64,000 nucleotides of DNA from the NCBI GenBank assembly GCA_037379345.1, contig CM074519.1:35366103-35430102 (forward strand), read 5' to 3'. Below are positions 35,710 through 50,156 of this stretch, piece by piece (the stretch's first letter is position 1; each line of letters begins with the position of its first letter). The position numbers were made by a program, and so were the translations under genes. Below the pieces are notes generated by a model. It searched no databases and had not been told where the DNA came from. It saw nothing but the letters and a program-made list of their open reading frames with translations. Origin of the DNA: Perna viridis. Its lineage: Eukaryota.

Positions 35710-38700
35710 GTTGGTATATGATGTAATTGTATAATCATAGTGATACATTTATAGTCCATTTCAGAGTAAAACAAAGCTAGTCTTACATTTTATTCTTGCA
35801 GTACCAAATAAGGTGACCTAAAGGTTACATGCTTGTTAGTACCTTAAAGTACATATACAACATGTATACAGTTTACTGTGCCATTAATTGGTACACACAT
35901 GATGTGTACATAGATGTAATTTTGCTTTTGTACTTTCTATTACTATGTGTGAATTGTGACATGTACATGTATTTTTTACATCAAAAACTTTAAATGAATC
36001 AGGATCTAAAAAAAATACAAGGAAATTGTGCAAATCTTAAGGATAAAAATAAATGTTCAAATTGAAACTGTATTCTATTATTCAACAAAACTACTGGGTA
36101 CAGTGAAATCTGCTGTTCAAAATACATGTAGTGTGGAGTTTTGCAGTAGGTTTTTACAACTGTACTATCAGGCACATCTACAGTGTTCAATCTAGAAATT
36201 GCTCACAGGAGTCGTCGTGGCTGAAGCAACTTGTCAGAGGGGACATGGAAATATGGGGTCAATAAAAAAAAATAACCTCTATCCACAATATAGTGACCTG
36301 TACCAGAAAAGGTGTCATTAAACCAAAACAGATTGGTGCTATCATAGATGATTTATGTGGTCATGGTGGTGGAAAGAAATAATTTGATACAATGTTACAA
36401 ATTGAAATTTGAAAAAAATGGTGTTCTGAAATTGAAACACCAAACAGTTACATGTAAGGTATTCTTTCTTTATTTGTACCAATAATTGTCTTCCTTCAGC
36501 ATCTGTATTAACTTGGCAATTGGAAGCCATCAAAGTTTAATTTTGCACTGGTATGGCTGTCACTGGCACTTGTACATGTACAAAAAATGTATCTATCAAT
36601 AGTCGGTCCCTCTCAACTCTGAACTGGTATGTTTTTTTATTAGACACGCCTCAAATGGAACTTCCGGTTTAAAGATGGCATCCGGATTGAGGCAAATTAA
36701 ATTTTTTTTTTCTGTCCGGCAGATAATTGTTTGGTCTATTAGATTTTGTTAGGTTACCAGACCAAATGTCCGACAGGTTGAAAAATCGATTTTGCCAGGT
36801 CTGTCATCCTAACCCTTACATTCTTGTAAAATTGTACATTCAATACATGTACCAATATCCAGTACTGTTGATCAGACTTTCTTTTAATTGACTTCATGTA
36901 CATGTATTAGTATGCTTGACATGTAATTACAATATACATATACAGTGTATGGCATTAATTATAGGATTATTAAATACTAATTACATGTGCATCATCATAT
37001 ACATGTAACGTTTAGTACCTGTCATTTTGTCCTTGATATTTAGAATACATAGGATGTATACATGTACATGAACGTACTTATCCATATTAAACAAATATAT
37101 AGTTTTTTGAAAGTAGATATCAGTTTATTATAGTTAAATTCTAGTTAACCCGATCTAATGCCTGTCATTATTGACACATTTAAAGAGATCAAATCACAAG
37201 TAATTATATTCATGCAATATACTATAATTGTGTAACTTTGCTATTAGGTAGTACATTAAAGTGTCATGGTGAAGGCCCATGTACAACAAGTACACATGCC
37301 ATTTTCTGTTAATCATATGAAATTATGATTGAATAATTATTGACCAGTTCTGTGCATCAAGTCCTGATGATGGTTTTCCATACATGTGCATTACTCATTA
37401 TTGAAAAAATACATATACAGGAATCTGTTTTTTTTTACTCGAATATTTACATATACAGGTATACATGTACATGTATGTAAACATGTTAGTGTATATGTAT
37501 GGAAAGAATGGTAAGAACTTTTAATAATAATGTGCATGTAAGTTTTCGAATACCTCTTTGACAACTCCCCCATAGTACTGGGTCATTTTTAAACAGGTGG
37601 TAATATATCACTTGGTGTGAAAGGTGACACCTTGTTACCACATACTACATATCATATTAATTAATTTTACCCCTACAGACCAAAAGAAAATGCTTCTATG
37701 CTTTTAATCTGTTTTAGCAACTTATTGTTTTTGAAACTGATTTTCCTATTCAGATTCATCAATCTATTTGTGTAGTATAAATACAGTTTCTGTTGTATTG
37801 GTACCATCACATTTTGTCAGTAAAATATGTTTTGAAAAAGTCCCTCTACTTGGAATTAGACAGATAAGAAATGAAACAAGATAAGCTTTAGAATATAAAG
37901 TTTATCTTTCCACCTGATGATTTAAAGTTTTATTTTATCCTCAAAACCTTGTGTTAACTTTGTGTATTATAGATGAACTTTAGGTTAGAGGATTATGGCA
38001 ATAAATTAACGGTTTATGTTACACAAGGAAGTATAAAATAAATATCATGTATAACATGCTATAACTGCATAATGTTGATAAAAGACAAAGAATAGTGATC
38101 CAGGATTGATCATGGGTACATAGTTAAGAAAAAGACACTGGAGAGTGAGAGTGAAATTTATGCACCGTTGTACATGTAATATAGCTGTTTCTTGGTCCAA
38201 GTAGGACTAAAGAAGGCAGAAGGATTTAGATAATTAAGATAGTTCTGACTTGAATAACCCATTTCCTTTTTAAAGTGCAGAGGGGTGTATCAAAATTAAA
38301 GATGGACACTGCTGTAATCCATACATGTACATGTATATTCACACCTAAGTTGATTAAGGTTTGGTTTATTAATTTTGAATGGTGTTTAGTACATGTACAT
38401 GTACTACAGATCTCTACATGTACATGTACTACAGATCTCTGCATAATGTAGAAATACAATATGTATTACTGGGCTAACACATCATAAGAACAAGCTTGAA
38501 TTGAATTACAAATATTTAGAAAGGAAACGGTGTATTTTGATTATCTCAATTTGTTAATCATTTGGAGTCTTCTCTTTTAGAATTTTAGGAAAATATTTTC
38601 ATTGAATTAAAAAAATTAAAGATTCAGCATCTTGCAGAAAATTTAATAAAGTATATAGGTATAGCATTTAGAATTTACCTGTATACATACAATGTATGGA

Positions 38701-41700
38701 GCTTTTAAATATAAGTGAAATTTTCCCATATAAAAGGTCTAAAATGTACCAGGTTCATAACATTTACCAGTAGTTCATCATAGAATTCTTGGGAGCATTA
38801 TTGAATCATTTCAATTAACTCAATATTCAATAGACCCTATTGAAGATCTTGCACTTCTCTTGTCTGTTTTTTTTTTTCACTTTTGGATTGGAAAGAAGAT
38901 GAATTTCTCTCATATATGTAAGTAATCTTTTGTATTTGATGTTTGCTCATGTACAACAGTTGTGGATGACCATGTCTTCATGGTCAGTGGCTAATTATAG
39001 GAAATAGAGATCTTTAGTGTTTATAATGCATTTACATATATGTCTTGTATAAAACATTTACTTACCTATTCTGGAAGGTGTTGACAACAAACAAAGTAGA
39101 GTTATTTCCCTTAGGTTATTGAGTAGTGTTAGAAGAAAATGTGTAACCAAGGAAGAAAATGAGACAAATAGTGATAAATTTTGTTAGCATGGAAGTGTGA
39201 CAGGTTTTTATGCTGTTCCATGATATAAATAGATTTTGGCCTAACAGTAGGTCATAGCTAATATACTGGTATACAAAGTGATTGGCAATGTCATAGATAA
39301 GTGATCTGTGATTTTGCAGTTATAATGACAGTTGTTGAAAATGATGGTGGTATCCTTTTGACTGTAAAGGTATATATAGATTGCCTGTAAAATACAGGAT
39401 AGGCATGAATCGTTGTTTCTATTAAATTGTGAGATTTCTACTTCTTGTGTAAAAAATTTATTGTTTTTAACTAGTTCCATGCACGGTCATGCAAAAAGCA
39501 AAATTTCTCATCAGTCATATACGAAATCTTAGATCTGCAATAGAGTCTTTTGTAAGAACCAATAATTTTTCAAAATTGACAAGTACAATGTCTACCAGGA
39601 AACTGAATCATAAGATGAACTGCCAGAATTGTATATAGTGTATATACTTTTAAGCCAGTCTAAATCTGTACATGAGATTTTCATAATAACAACTAACATT
39701 TCAGATGTTTCTGTTAACAGTACTAGCTGCAAATGATTGGGTGATATTATGTACATGTACATTTACAAATGACCTCCATTGGACAATTTTATTCCAAATA
39801 CATTGAACTACCAAAAATGCAAAATATGGCATTTTTTTTCTCTATGAATCAACTTTTTGCATCTTATACATGAATGTCTGTATATAACTAGTGAAATGAT
39901 ATCAATATTAAATGGGTATACATGAACATGTGTTAACAAAGTACTTAGTCTAAATGTAAATAGCATTGAATTATTTTTGCTTTGTTATCAACAATTTCAT
40001 TTCATTTATCAAAATCCATGTCCAAATCAATTTATTTTTAAGTTAAAAATATCTTTTTATGTCCTTCAATATTAGGAACTGAGAAATTATGTCAAAATTT
40101 GATGTAACCTAAAGAAAATGAAGAGAATGTTTCACAATAGGTGTATATAATTACACCTGGGCAGATTTAAGACAGGTAGATCAATGTTGTTCCTCAAATA
40201 CACATCCACTCAATATGGTAGAACTGTTTAGTAAATGTATACCTATCAAGTACTACTCAGTCATTTTAGATTTGTAAAAAATAGCAAAAAACCCTGGTAT
40301 TATCTAGTTACTAAAACTTGTTTAGATGTTTGAGATTATAGATGATCAAATTTGTGAAGCAACTCTGGAATGTTTAATGCATCCTTGCATGTTGAAATTA
40401 TGTTTTTTTTAATTCATGTCGATTAGGTACATGTACACGATGTATAAATGTATAGATACAAGCTTAACATTATCAATAAAATTGGATGAGCCAGGTGACA
40501 AAATTGCATGAGAGCTTAAATGGAACACATTTGAAATCATCTATCCAATTTCATTCACTAATTTTAATAGACCTTTTAAAAGACAGGATTGTTAAGAAAG
40601 TGTTCAGTGGTCTGTAAAAAGATTTCCTAGGGTATAAGCTTGTGGTTTCATTGAAGAAAATGACAAAAATTTGGGATGTGGAATGGTTTGTGGACAATTT
40701 TATCTATTAAAATTTGAATAGGGCCAAGTAATTACAAATTGTGATAGGTAGGGATTTTAACATAGGATAAAAGGATTTTTGTGGTAAACACTGATTTAGG
40801 TTAAATACAGGTAGACAGGATTGGAACAGGTGCCCCACTAATTGCTTCTTAATAGGATGGTGTTTGATATTCTGTAAATAAACACAGGAACTTTAGGACT
40901 ATACTGGATAAGATACATGTACATGTTTGTGATATACATGTTGTGCACATCTAAGGATTACTACATGTAGATGAACATTTTTCTGGAAAGTTGACTATTT
41001 CATAGTCTTAAGATCAGTGGAAGTAAAATAGTTTAGAAAATCCATGAAATTCCTTTGATTAAGTTTACAAATGTAATTTATTTAAATCCATTTCTGCTGA
41101 ATTTGTTACATTTATTATATGGATACAAGTCTATTCGTAGTTGAGAAAAAAATCAAAGACTTTTGGTCAGCATTATATGCAATGAATATAGATTACCATA
41201 TATCTATCAATTTAGTCACTCAAGGAGAAAATTGTTTTGTTTGGAATTAAACCTCTGTGCAAATGAAGGAATAAATTAAACGTTTGTAAACAAATACAAC
41301 TGTAAATCTTACAATATGTGTACGTGGTTGTGGTCAGTCAATTAACTTAAGCTAATTTGTCAGGAATAGAAAAAGTGACAAAAACTACTAGTTTGAAAGC
41401 AAAATAAATTCTAAGCTTTAAGTATTTGTATAAGTAACTATACTTGCATGATGGATTAGTATAATTAAGTTTTATATGTGAAAGTATGTTTATGGCCAAA
41501 TCTGTGAATTTTTTTTTTTTGTTTTTGATTTTGTGTTTTCGTAAAACTTTCAATATGGGAACTAGTTACATTTGATGGATCTTACTCATAATTTACCTAG
41601 TGCAGCCGTATACTGAATGAGCCATTTGAGAAATACGGATATAGTGTTAGGAAACTTTGAAGTTTGAGATTTGTCATTCTGTGTGTTAAAATTGAAAAGA

Positions 41701-41713
41701 ATTAGATTTAAAT

Positions 41714-41788
41714 ATGTCTACAAGGATAGTGAGAAAACAAAGTCCAAGGAGTAAAACACCTCAAACTAACAACAAAAAGTTACGAAAG
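41714..41788 (+). CDS. MYO18A: Candidate alternative first coding exon of myosin XVIII (25 aa)
   Basis: MSTRIVRKQSPRSKTPQTNNKKLRK followed by AAG|GTAAGG; phase 0 matches the exon at 55069. Confidence 0.5.
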
Positions 41789-42948
41789 GTAAGGAAGCTG
41801 TGTTAACTTTACTGTTGAACACAGGCTGATTCCCAAAGAATATTTAAAAGTATTACAAAATTCACCAACATTGTTGCTTACTCAAGTCTGTTAGACTTTT
41901 GATTCCCTATTATCTTTTTTTCTTCCTCAAATCTACACTAGGATGCATTTTTAAAAAAAGAACATTAACAAAATCACTGGTAAGACGGTGGCACTTTTAT
42001 TTGATATGTTCTAAAATATCCAAACAAATTCTGGGATCACTTGGAGAGTCGGTCAAGAGCCAATGTCCCTTAATTTCTTTCACAGTCTTTGAATTTGGAA
42101 ACAAAAGGAGACAATTTGTCCTTTTAATTTTAATCCTATAGGAGTTAATGTACCTGGTGTATGCAAATGAATGGTCCATTGAAATTACAAAGATACAATG
42201 TAGCTCTTAATTCGTATCTATCATCAACTTTTTGGGACATGAATTTCCATAAAAAAATGAGGTGCATTTTAACGTCAGTTTGTTAAAAAGAAAAAGATCA
42301 TAATCCCCCAGTCCCTTGGTTTATATTAACAAAAATTATAGTAAAATCTTCTTGATATACATAATGTAGTAATTCTCTCAGTGTTGTGAAGGATGAATGG
42401 TGAAGTTTATTAGAGTTTACGTTTTGTATTACATGTAAACAATCCTATGGAATATAAAGTGTTGAATTGGATTTAGATATGTAACGATTGTGTCCCAGGG
42501 TTATAGATGTATTGATTTCCAACTCAAATAGATTTTTTTTGCGTTTAAAATACCGATAGTGATCAAAGTGAATAGGGCAACAGTAGGTCGAATGACCGTT
42601 GGCATGTGGGACAAATGCAGATTGATAATTCTCGAAAGAATTTTTTTAGATTGTCGATTGATAAAGTAGCTGTCTGATTCAAGTTCTTCTAAAATTAATA
42701 AATCATTTGAGATATTGGTTTACGCATGAGAAGCTATCTTGTCATTTCTAGTCCGAACACATAATTTTGTCTACCTTATATATCTAATGTTGGTAGATAT
42801 CATTCTTAGTATCAGGTTCATGACTTATTACAGTACATGTACTGCAGAGGTGCTATTTATGGCTTAAATATTTATATACAATAACAGAATGAAGATTGGA
42901 TTTTGTCAGAACCTTAAAACATTGGTTGGAAATGCAAACCCTCCCCCT

Positions 42949-43500
42949 TTTTGTTCACCTGGCCGAAGGCCATCACTTGGCATCTCTCTTCATCGTCAGT
43001 TGTTAACAGTTTTTCAAACTCTTCTCCTCAGACACTATTTGATCAATTGGAACCAAAACTTGGTATGAATGTTCCTTTGGGTATCCTGCATAGAGCTTTT
43101 ATTGGGATTTTTGATCCATTGATAAACATGGCTGCCATTACAAAAAATAGAACATAGGGGTAAGACAGTAGTTTTTTGCATTTAACTCCAAAGTCATTAG
43201 GTTTAGTCAAATTCTGACATGGAGGTTAAAGTATTCAGCATGATAAGAAACATCTGTGATCAAATTTTGTTTTAATCCATTAAGCTATGTTGGAGTTATT
43301 GCCATTTTTTTTTTCAGCCAATATCTTGAAAATTGTGATAAGATAGAAAGAAACTTTCAATTAGTGAAATGATCCTTTTGATAAGTCCTACCAAAGTCTT
43401 CTTGAGTCAAAATTGTTGGACAACTACTTGTTGAATCTATTGCCCTTGAAATGCAAAGTTCAACCAGGTGAGCGATTCAGGCTCCTGGGAGCCTCTTGTT
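42949..43500 (+). mobile_element. Helentron-associated (HINE-like) element
   Basis: TTTTGTTCACCTGG at the left and CCAGGTGAGC...AGGCTCCTGGGAGCCT hairpin at the right (subterminal inverted repeat plus 3' palindrome). Confidence 0.7.
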
Positions 43501-46500
43501 TAGAAAAAATGCTTGTGATATTCCAGGGTTTGGTAAAGAAAACCAGTAGGTGTGTCTCATACATGGAATATTTTACATGAATGTAATAATAAATCTGGCA
43601 TCCTTAAAAAAACCCTGGTTTCAGTCTTAAATTCAGTCTTTCAAATTTTCCCCAGGCCTTTTATATGTTATTGCATGCGACCAGGACTGACATCCGCAGA
43701 ATTCATGAAAAGTTTTATATTTTGTTAATGTGCTTTTTGAACTTGAGAGATTCTAATAAAAAAAATTGACTAACCTGGGAATTCAGAATAATTGTGTAAG
43801 AAGGTCTAATTCACTATAAAAGGATCATGCAAATAACTATGTAATTTATAATCTTTTTGGTCCAATTTCTTAAATGTTGTAGGTCCATTTTACATTATTG
43901 TTTCTCTTTACATTCTTAAAAGTAAACTTAAACAAATGTATTCTGATTTGCATTGTAAATAAAATTGTTTTTAATGTTAATTGATGTGATACTAATTCAT
44001 GAAATGGAGACCAGAGAAAACTAAGTTGACCTATGAATTAATTTGTTTGTTTGAATTTTAGTGGAAAAGCTATAGGGGATGCAAGTCTAAATTTGTCTTG
44101 CTTTCTTTATTATGATAACTTAGTACATGTATTTCTAACTTAACTCTGTCCTACATTCTGATTTTTGTTTCTGTAATTTTGAGGTAAATAATTTTAAGAA
44201 GTAAGAATGGGACTCTAAGTGGATAGTTGGGTAATTTGGTTAGGGGTAGTCCTGGTAGATCCAGGATTTAAAGCTAGAGGGTTGTCCAGCAGAGCAATAC
44301 AAACATTTTAAGAACAATTACTGATTATCTGCACATCTAGTACAAGATGGAAAGGATGGCTGTTAATGTATGTTTTACTAAACCAATTTGTGCATTGCTT
44401 TTTCCTATTTTTCTTTAGTTTCAATCCTTGCTTTGTTAAATGTCAGTATTGAGAAGGGCACAATGATACCCCCGCCTGTATATTTTTCTATAAGTGTTGT
44501 CATACATGTAAATAATATTCCTTTCATCTGATGTTGTTTGTGTTTACTGATGTCTGGATCAAGTTGTAAATTTGCCTAGAAACTGACTGTAAACAATTAC
44601 AGGATTTTTTATGTTTATGAATTACAATCTAGTGCACTTACCTTATTGACAGACATCAGGAGTTCAAAACTATGTCCAGTCCTCTTCACTTCCCATTAAA
44701 GCACCAAGGTTTGGGGTTACCTGTTGGTTAGAATTGAATAGTTAATTATCGTCATTGTTGTAGAAGACATTTCATGCTGATACGAAAATACCTTAATAAA
44801 AAACACCTTGGTTTTCATTGATAGGTGAAGTAACGACTCATTTCTTCGGGGATTTAACTACAGCTCTCGGCCATGTTCATAGGTCATGTTCAGCAGTGCA
44901 ATCATTAGATTTTTATCAATCATTTAACTGTCTTTTTATGGTCAAGGTTAATTTGACATTTTTCTTCAGAGATAATTTCAAATATAGTGTACTATTCTTG
45001 TGACTTGGTTGGTCAATAAAAGCTGATTGGTATTGTGTATGAGAAGGTCTATAAAATATTAGTGGTGAAATTGAAGTGGTCACTTTGATTTAAAATTTTT
45101 TTAATATACACCAGGATATTTTTCTAGTTTAATTAGTGATAAAGTTTCCTACAAAAGCTAAAAATGGCATGGTGGACATAAAAGATTAAAAACTTTAGTC
45201 TATATAACCTAAGAGAAACTTGACACTTTGTGAAGTGTTAATTACTTTGGAATGGAATGAGCAAAGAAAAGGTAGAAGTTATTCAGGTATTTGGAAAGTT
45301 CTGTTAATATAGAAAGGAGAAAGGCATAGGAAATATTGGAATTATTCAGATATTTGAAAATATCTGTTAGCATGAAAAGGAGAAAGGAATAGTGTGTACA
45401 TATAGTTCTTTAATTGTGTACTTTGGTAATTTTTTTTTTAGCAGTTTAAACATTTTATTGCTCAAAGCACAACGGATTAGACTTGGATCACACTTGGGAT
45501 GTCTTCTCCAATAATTTTTTTAATAAGTGGATTTCTTAAGAACAGATGAGCATCCTTGGAAAACTGTGACATCACAATTACCGGTTCAAGTTAAAATCAT
45601 TGCTTGACTAAAATAAAATCACAAAAACTACAAAATCTGGTGTCTCAAAAAGAATGGTTCTCCAATGACTCACAAAGTTCTATGAAATGGATTATGTTCC
45701 TGTAAGATGTATATATACCAGTACATGTATTAGTAAAAATGAAGAATCTTCTTGTTTATTTAACCTGCAATGGAAAATTCTGTGAATGAAATGGTTTTTG
45801 TACATTTTGTTTTCTTTAGTCATCATATGGAGTTGTTGCCAGGAGGGACATGTGCCTTACTTTCATAATTTACAATAGTTTTTTTTTTCACTTGTCATGC
45901 ATATTTAATTTCATTTTTGTTATTCACACCTTAAAGAAGGTATATGTTTTAAAGGTACATTTCAGCATCTTCATTACGAAAATTACATCCATTTTGTGAA
46001 CTTATGCTAATTGTAACATGATCATCCATTTGTTAATGTAAAATTAATGCATGATATGAAAATTGCATGATATTTTTAAGGAAGGATTGGAATGATTTAG
46101 AAAATAGTGAGACAGATTTTGATATTTATAGAAATTATTAAAAGGTCTTTGGATACAATGGCCCCGTTTTATTGTGAAGTGTTGACTCAGACTTTTTAAA
46201 CTTTTATATACTAAGGGACGTATATATAGTGGCGAAATTGTTTGAACAAAAAGGTATAACGGTGACAAATAATTTGAATTGATTCTTGATCGTAGGAACT
46301 ATCAGTGTGTTATCATGGACAATTTACTGAAGTGATTTATTAAAGGGCTGGTAGAAATTCACTGACAGTTAGCAAAGTTAATCTGAGTTTAAAGCTTATA
46401 AGATGCAATGTAAGGCTGAGTGTTGGGCAATAATTTCATTAAATCTGTTTTAATCCACTAATTATATACTTGGCTTTGATTTTTATGCATCACTGGAATG

Positions 46501-46783
46501 GTCAAGTTGTTCTGTTTTGTGCAGTGATTTGAAAGGAATTTAATTGTGCATTTCATGAATGTGTGCAGTTTAATGTTTAAGTGCATTTTGTAACATAAGC
46601 ACTTTAGTTTATTGTCCACTTTCTATTGATAGAGGATTAGATATGTAGTTTTGTGGATAGTTTTAGTTATCAATGTGTTTTAGAATGTGAATTGCTGTGT
46701 CATAATTTAGAGTCTATTTCACACTTAAGACTTTAAGCTAATATTAATTTCTACAACTAAATGACATAAATAAGGATTATAAA

Positions 46784-47146
46784 ATGGATGCAAAGTTTTA
46801 TATGGATTCCAAATTCTTTCGGAGAAGTTCAACCCCAACTCCAAACAACAATAAAGTAACTAGGCGAAGGGGAAGTGAAAGTGAAGCTACGTGTATGACA
46901 GGAAGTGCTAATGTAAAACAAAACTTGAAACGAAGGGGAAGTGTCAACATTGAAATAAATGATCGTTCTCTTGTAAATAAGGAGTTAAGAAAGAAAAGGC
47001 ATCCTTCAGGGGGTGACAATCCAGCCTCACCTAGGAGAAATAGTGTTAAGCAACCCTCCTGGGGAGATAACCCATCCTCCCCAAGAAGAAACAGTTCTGT
47101 ATTTGATTTTGATAAATTTGTTATCAGTGCCAGAGTTATTCCTGAG
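46784..47146 (+). CDS. MYO18A: Candidate alternative first coding exon of myosin XVIII (121 aa, basic/Ser-rich, PDZ-less isoform)
   Basis: Clean ATG-initiated ORF in an AT-rich intron, ending at GAG|GTAAAT in phase 0; several RRxS motifs. Confidence 0.7.
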
Positions 47147-48009
47147 GTAAATTAAATTTTTGAAAAATGAAAATGAAAATACTTCACTAATTTTGTTAAA
47201 ATATTGCATGATGATACAATACACTTGTACATGTAGTTTTAGGAATAATCTTGTAGCATTGCAGACTTAGATTCATAGGCAGAAGACCCAGCATACACCC
47301 CCCCACTTACAGGTAAAATAGGAAAATCATGAAATCTTGATTTTCTACCTCCAGAAAAAATTTTGTTACTTGTTTGACAAGGCTTTTTTTCTATTTGTGC
47401 TCCCTTACTAGAAATCCTGGATCCACCTTAGTATTGCAACATAAGAGATAAAATATGATAGATCAGATTTAAAAGCTGAACAACATATACTAGAACATAG
47501 TTGTTTTAATGACATAGGTTACAGACACACAGTCATTTAATCACAATCATACAAGGTATAAAATAAAAGTCTTGTTCTTTTGTCACACATGTGTCAAAAG
47601 CTGTGTTTTACTCAATCTCTGGCTTATGTTAGTACACATCTTCAGTAATGAAAGGTTAAACAATATATGTATAGGTTAAGTTACTTAGTATGTATGGGTC
47701 ATTGACTTTAAAGGGTAAGTCTGCCTCTGTAGATGGAATAGGACTAAAAGTGGGTTCAAGTACCATTAATATGAGTACAACATGTAAATGTCCATTATAA
47801 TAGTAAAGTATACAAGCTTTTTCTATTAATCAACTAGCCAATTGATAGATAAAATGTAATGCTACTTTGGCTTATAGTTGAATTTTATCTACAGTGACAT
47901 TTGTACTTACTTGGTAATCAAGCCTATTTATATGTAGTCCAAACTCTCCTTACTAAGAATGTCAGTTCATTTACAAATGTATTATTGCCATATTAAAAAA
48001 GATTATGTT

Positions 48010-49890
48010 TTAAAAAGTTCTAAAGCATTTCATTCACAGATCTGTACACCAATGTCCCCAGTGAGTATTATTTCCTGAACAACATTTCCATGATGTTCAA
48101 TACAACTATATGATGTGTCCATTCAAATAAATTGTACAATTGTTCACAAATGTTAATTACTCTGACTTTTATGTATATTATAAATCTGTATATCTTTTTA
48201 ACATTTCTTTTGTGCAATTCCTCCACGTCCATCGTTTCGCTTTCAGAAAATGTTCTTCCAATGTCAAAAAATGTTCTTCCTCAGTGAAAAACTGTTCTCC
48301 CTTTGTCAAAAACAAGTCTTCCTCTCTTTTAGGATGTAAGAATGTACTAATACACATCCTGATAGTATAAACACTGTTGAATTCCATCCCTTCAGCTCAG
48401 CAAATTAAAAGTTTAAAATAAATTTCTGTGCACTTTACAATACAGCCGAAGATAAGAAGGATTGTATCTAATTAGTTCACTGATTAAAAGTTTTGTTTTA
48501 AATCTCCCTCTGGCCTGGTATGTATTCCTGGTGTAAGTGGTGTAGTGGGGTGTCAATTCTATAGTTGAGTAGTTCTTTAATTACATCCTGTTCTATACAG
48601 CGGAATTATACTGATGTTGAAACTGGTATAAGTGGCTTCTTACTTTTCATTAGGATTTATTTGGAAGAGCGCCACTCTGTTATTGAATACAATATATAAT
48701 TATAATTGAAACAGTAAGGATCTTAGTAATTTGAGCATTTACAAAATGTACTTGCTGTGCAGGAGTATTTCAGGAAAAAATCATTTAATCATTTCAGATG
48801 AGTTGTGAATTTATTCTGTTGCTCTTTTGAGTTTTTTTGGATATGTGATCTGACCATAACAATGGGCCATTTTTTAATGCCTGACCTTCCAAAATTTCAT
48901 TTTGAGGTGTATCAAAGTGTTGAAATGTGAATATTTGTATAAATGTCAAAATGTGAACTTGGATGTACCGCAGTGTTATTGTCATCATTTTTATATGAAA
49001 TGAAACAAAACAACATGATTTTGATAAATGAACTTGTCCTTACCGACATCTTGTCATCGGAGATCTAAATGGCCATCCATCCTTGGAAAACAGTTTTTGT
49101 CTTTCGGTCTCCTATAGTGTTGAATTTCTTCTTTTGTTACTAATTTGGAGAAGTTATTCTCATTGCAGTAAACATTTGTTTCACTACTTTTGGATAAACT
49201 ATTTGTTTATAACGGTACTCGGTATTAAATTCTCTGTGTGTGGATTTGTTGTAAACATTGCTTGGTGATATCCACAATGGAAAAAAATTGTTCTCTGATA
49301 GAAACTAGTGCTGTACAAATCTAAATACTAAGTACCATCATTGTTTACTTTTCTCTTCTTTGAATCCAAGTATTCTGGAGGGATGCCATGTTCACTTAAC
49401 TCTTTCCCTTTTCTTTTCATGTAAGCACTATTGGAAAAGTACAGAATATATATATATATAGCATTACCATAAATGATAATTCTGTCACATCTCCATTTCA
49501 TTGAAATTTTAACAGGTATTTTTACGAGTATTAAATCTACCATACCCTACTTTCAGCTCTGTATTTATATAGGAGGAACATCAATTGATAAAACCGTAAG
49601 CTATTGAATGAGTGAAATTGTCTTTTACAAAAGCTCTACATAAGTCGTCACGGAAAATAAGTCCACATCCATACTTCTCTTTGAATAGGAACAACATTTA
49701 GAAGTCATCCAATGATATTCAAAAGCTGTTGAATTTCGGTTCTCACATTTTTCACTCATAAGTAATGGGAATGGTTACAAAGCATACATGGTTTTATGCT
49801 GCAACTCATGTTCTTGGAGACAGTTAGGATTTAGGAATGGTACACTCTTCGGTTGTATTAGTGGTATGACACTACGATCATTTCTACCTG
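48010..49890 (-). pseudogene. Possible decayed multi-exon gene fragment nested antisense in the myosin XVIII intron
   Basis: Exon-like block 49044-49428 bounded by TTTTCCAATAG and GTAAGG on the minus strand, reading AYMKRKGKELSEHGIPPEYLDSKKRKVNNDGT* with later stops; second acceptor-like site near 48680. No family recognised. Confidence 0.25.
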
Positions 49891-50102
49891 ACCTTTATGC
49901 TTCACACCTGCAGTGTACATAGATATCAATTAAGATCTTGGGACAAGTTGATCTTTTAAACAATTATGTGCTTGTTGGATTAACATTCTCATTCCTTAGA
50001 CTTCTATTTTAGCAAGTTCAATAACATGAAGCTTGATATTCTAAGTGTGTTCTGTGATTTGTGTTTTTGGAGTAATATGGCTAGTTAATAAAACTTTGTA
50101 AC

Positions 50103-50156
50103 ATGTCTCAGTCAATTAGGAATAAGCCATTAAAATTTGGTGTCCTAGCTGGAAAG
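50103..50156 (+). CDS. MYO18A: Candidate alternative first coding exon of myosin XVIII (18 aa)
   Basis: MSQSIRNKPLKFGVLAGK followed by AAG|GTAAGC, phase 0. Confidence 0.45.

Noticed and set aside
38899-38923. Other ATG..GTAAG micro-exon candidates in myosin intron 1 (38899, ~47690, ~48520, ~53654)
   Set aside because: Donors fall in phase 1 or 2, incompatible with the phase-0 acceptor at 55069.
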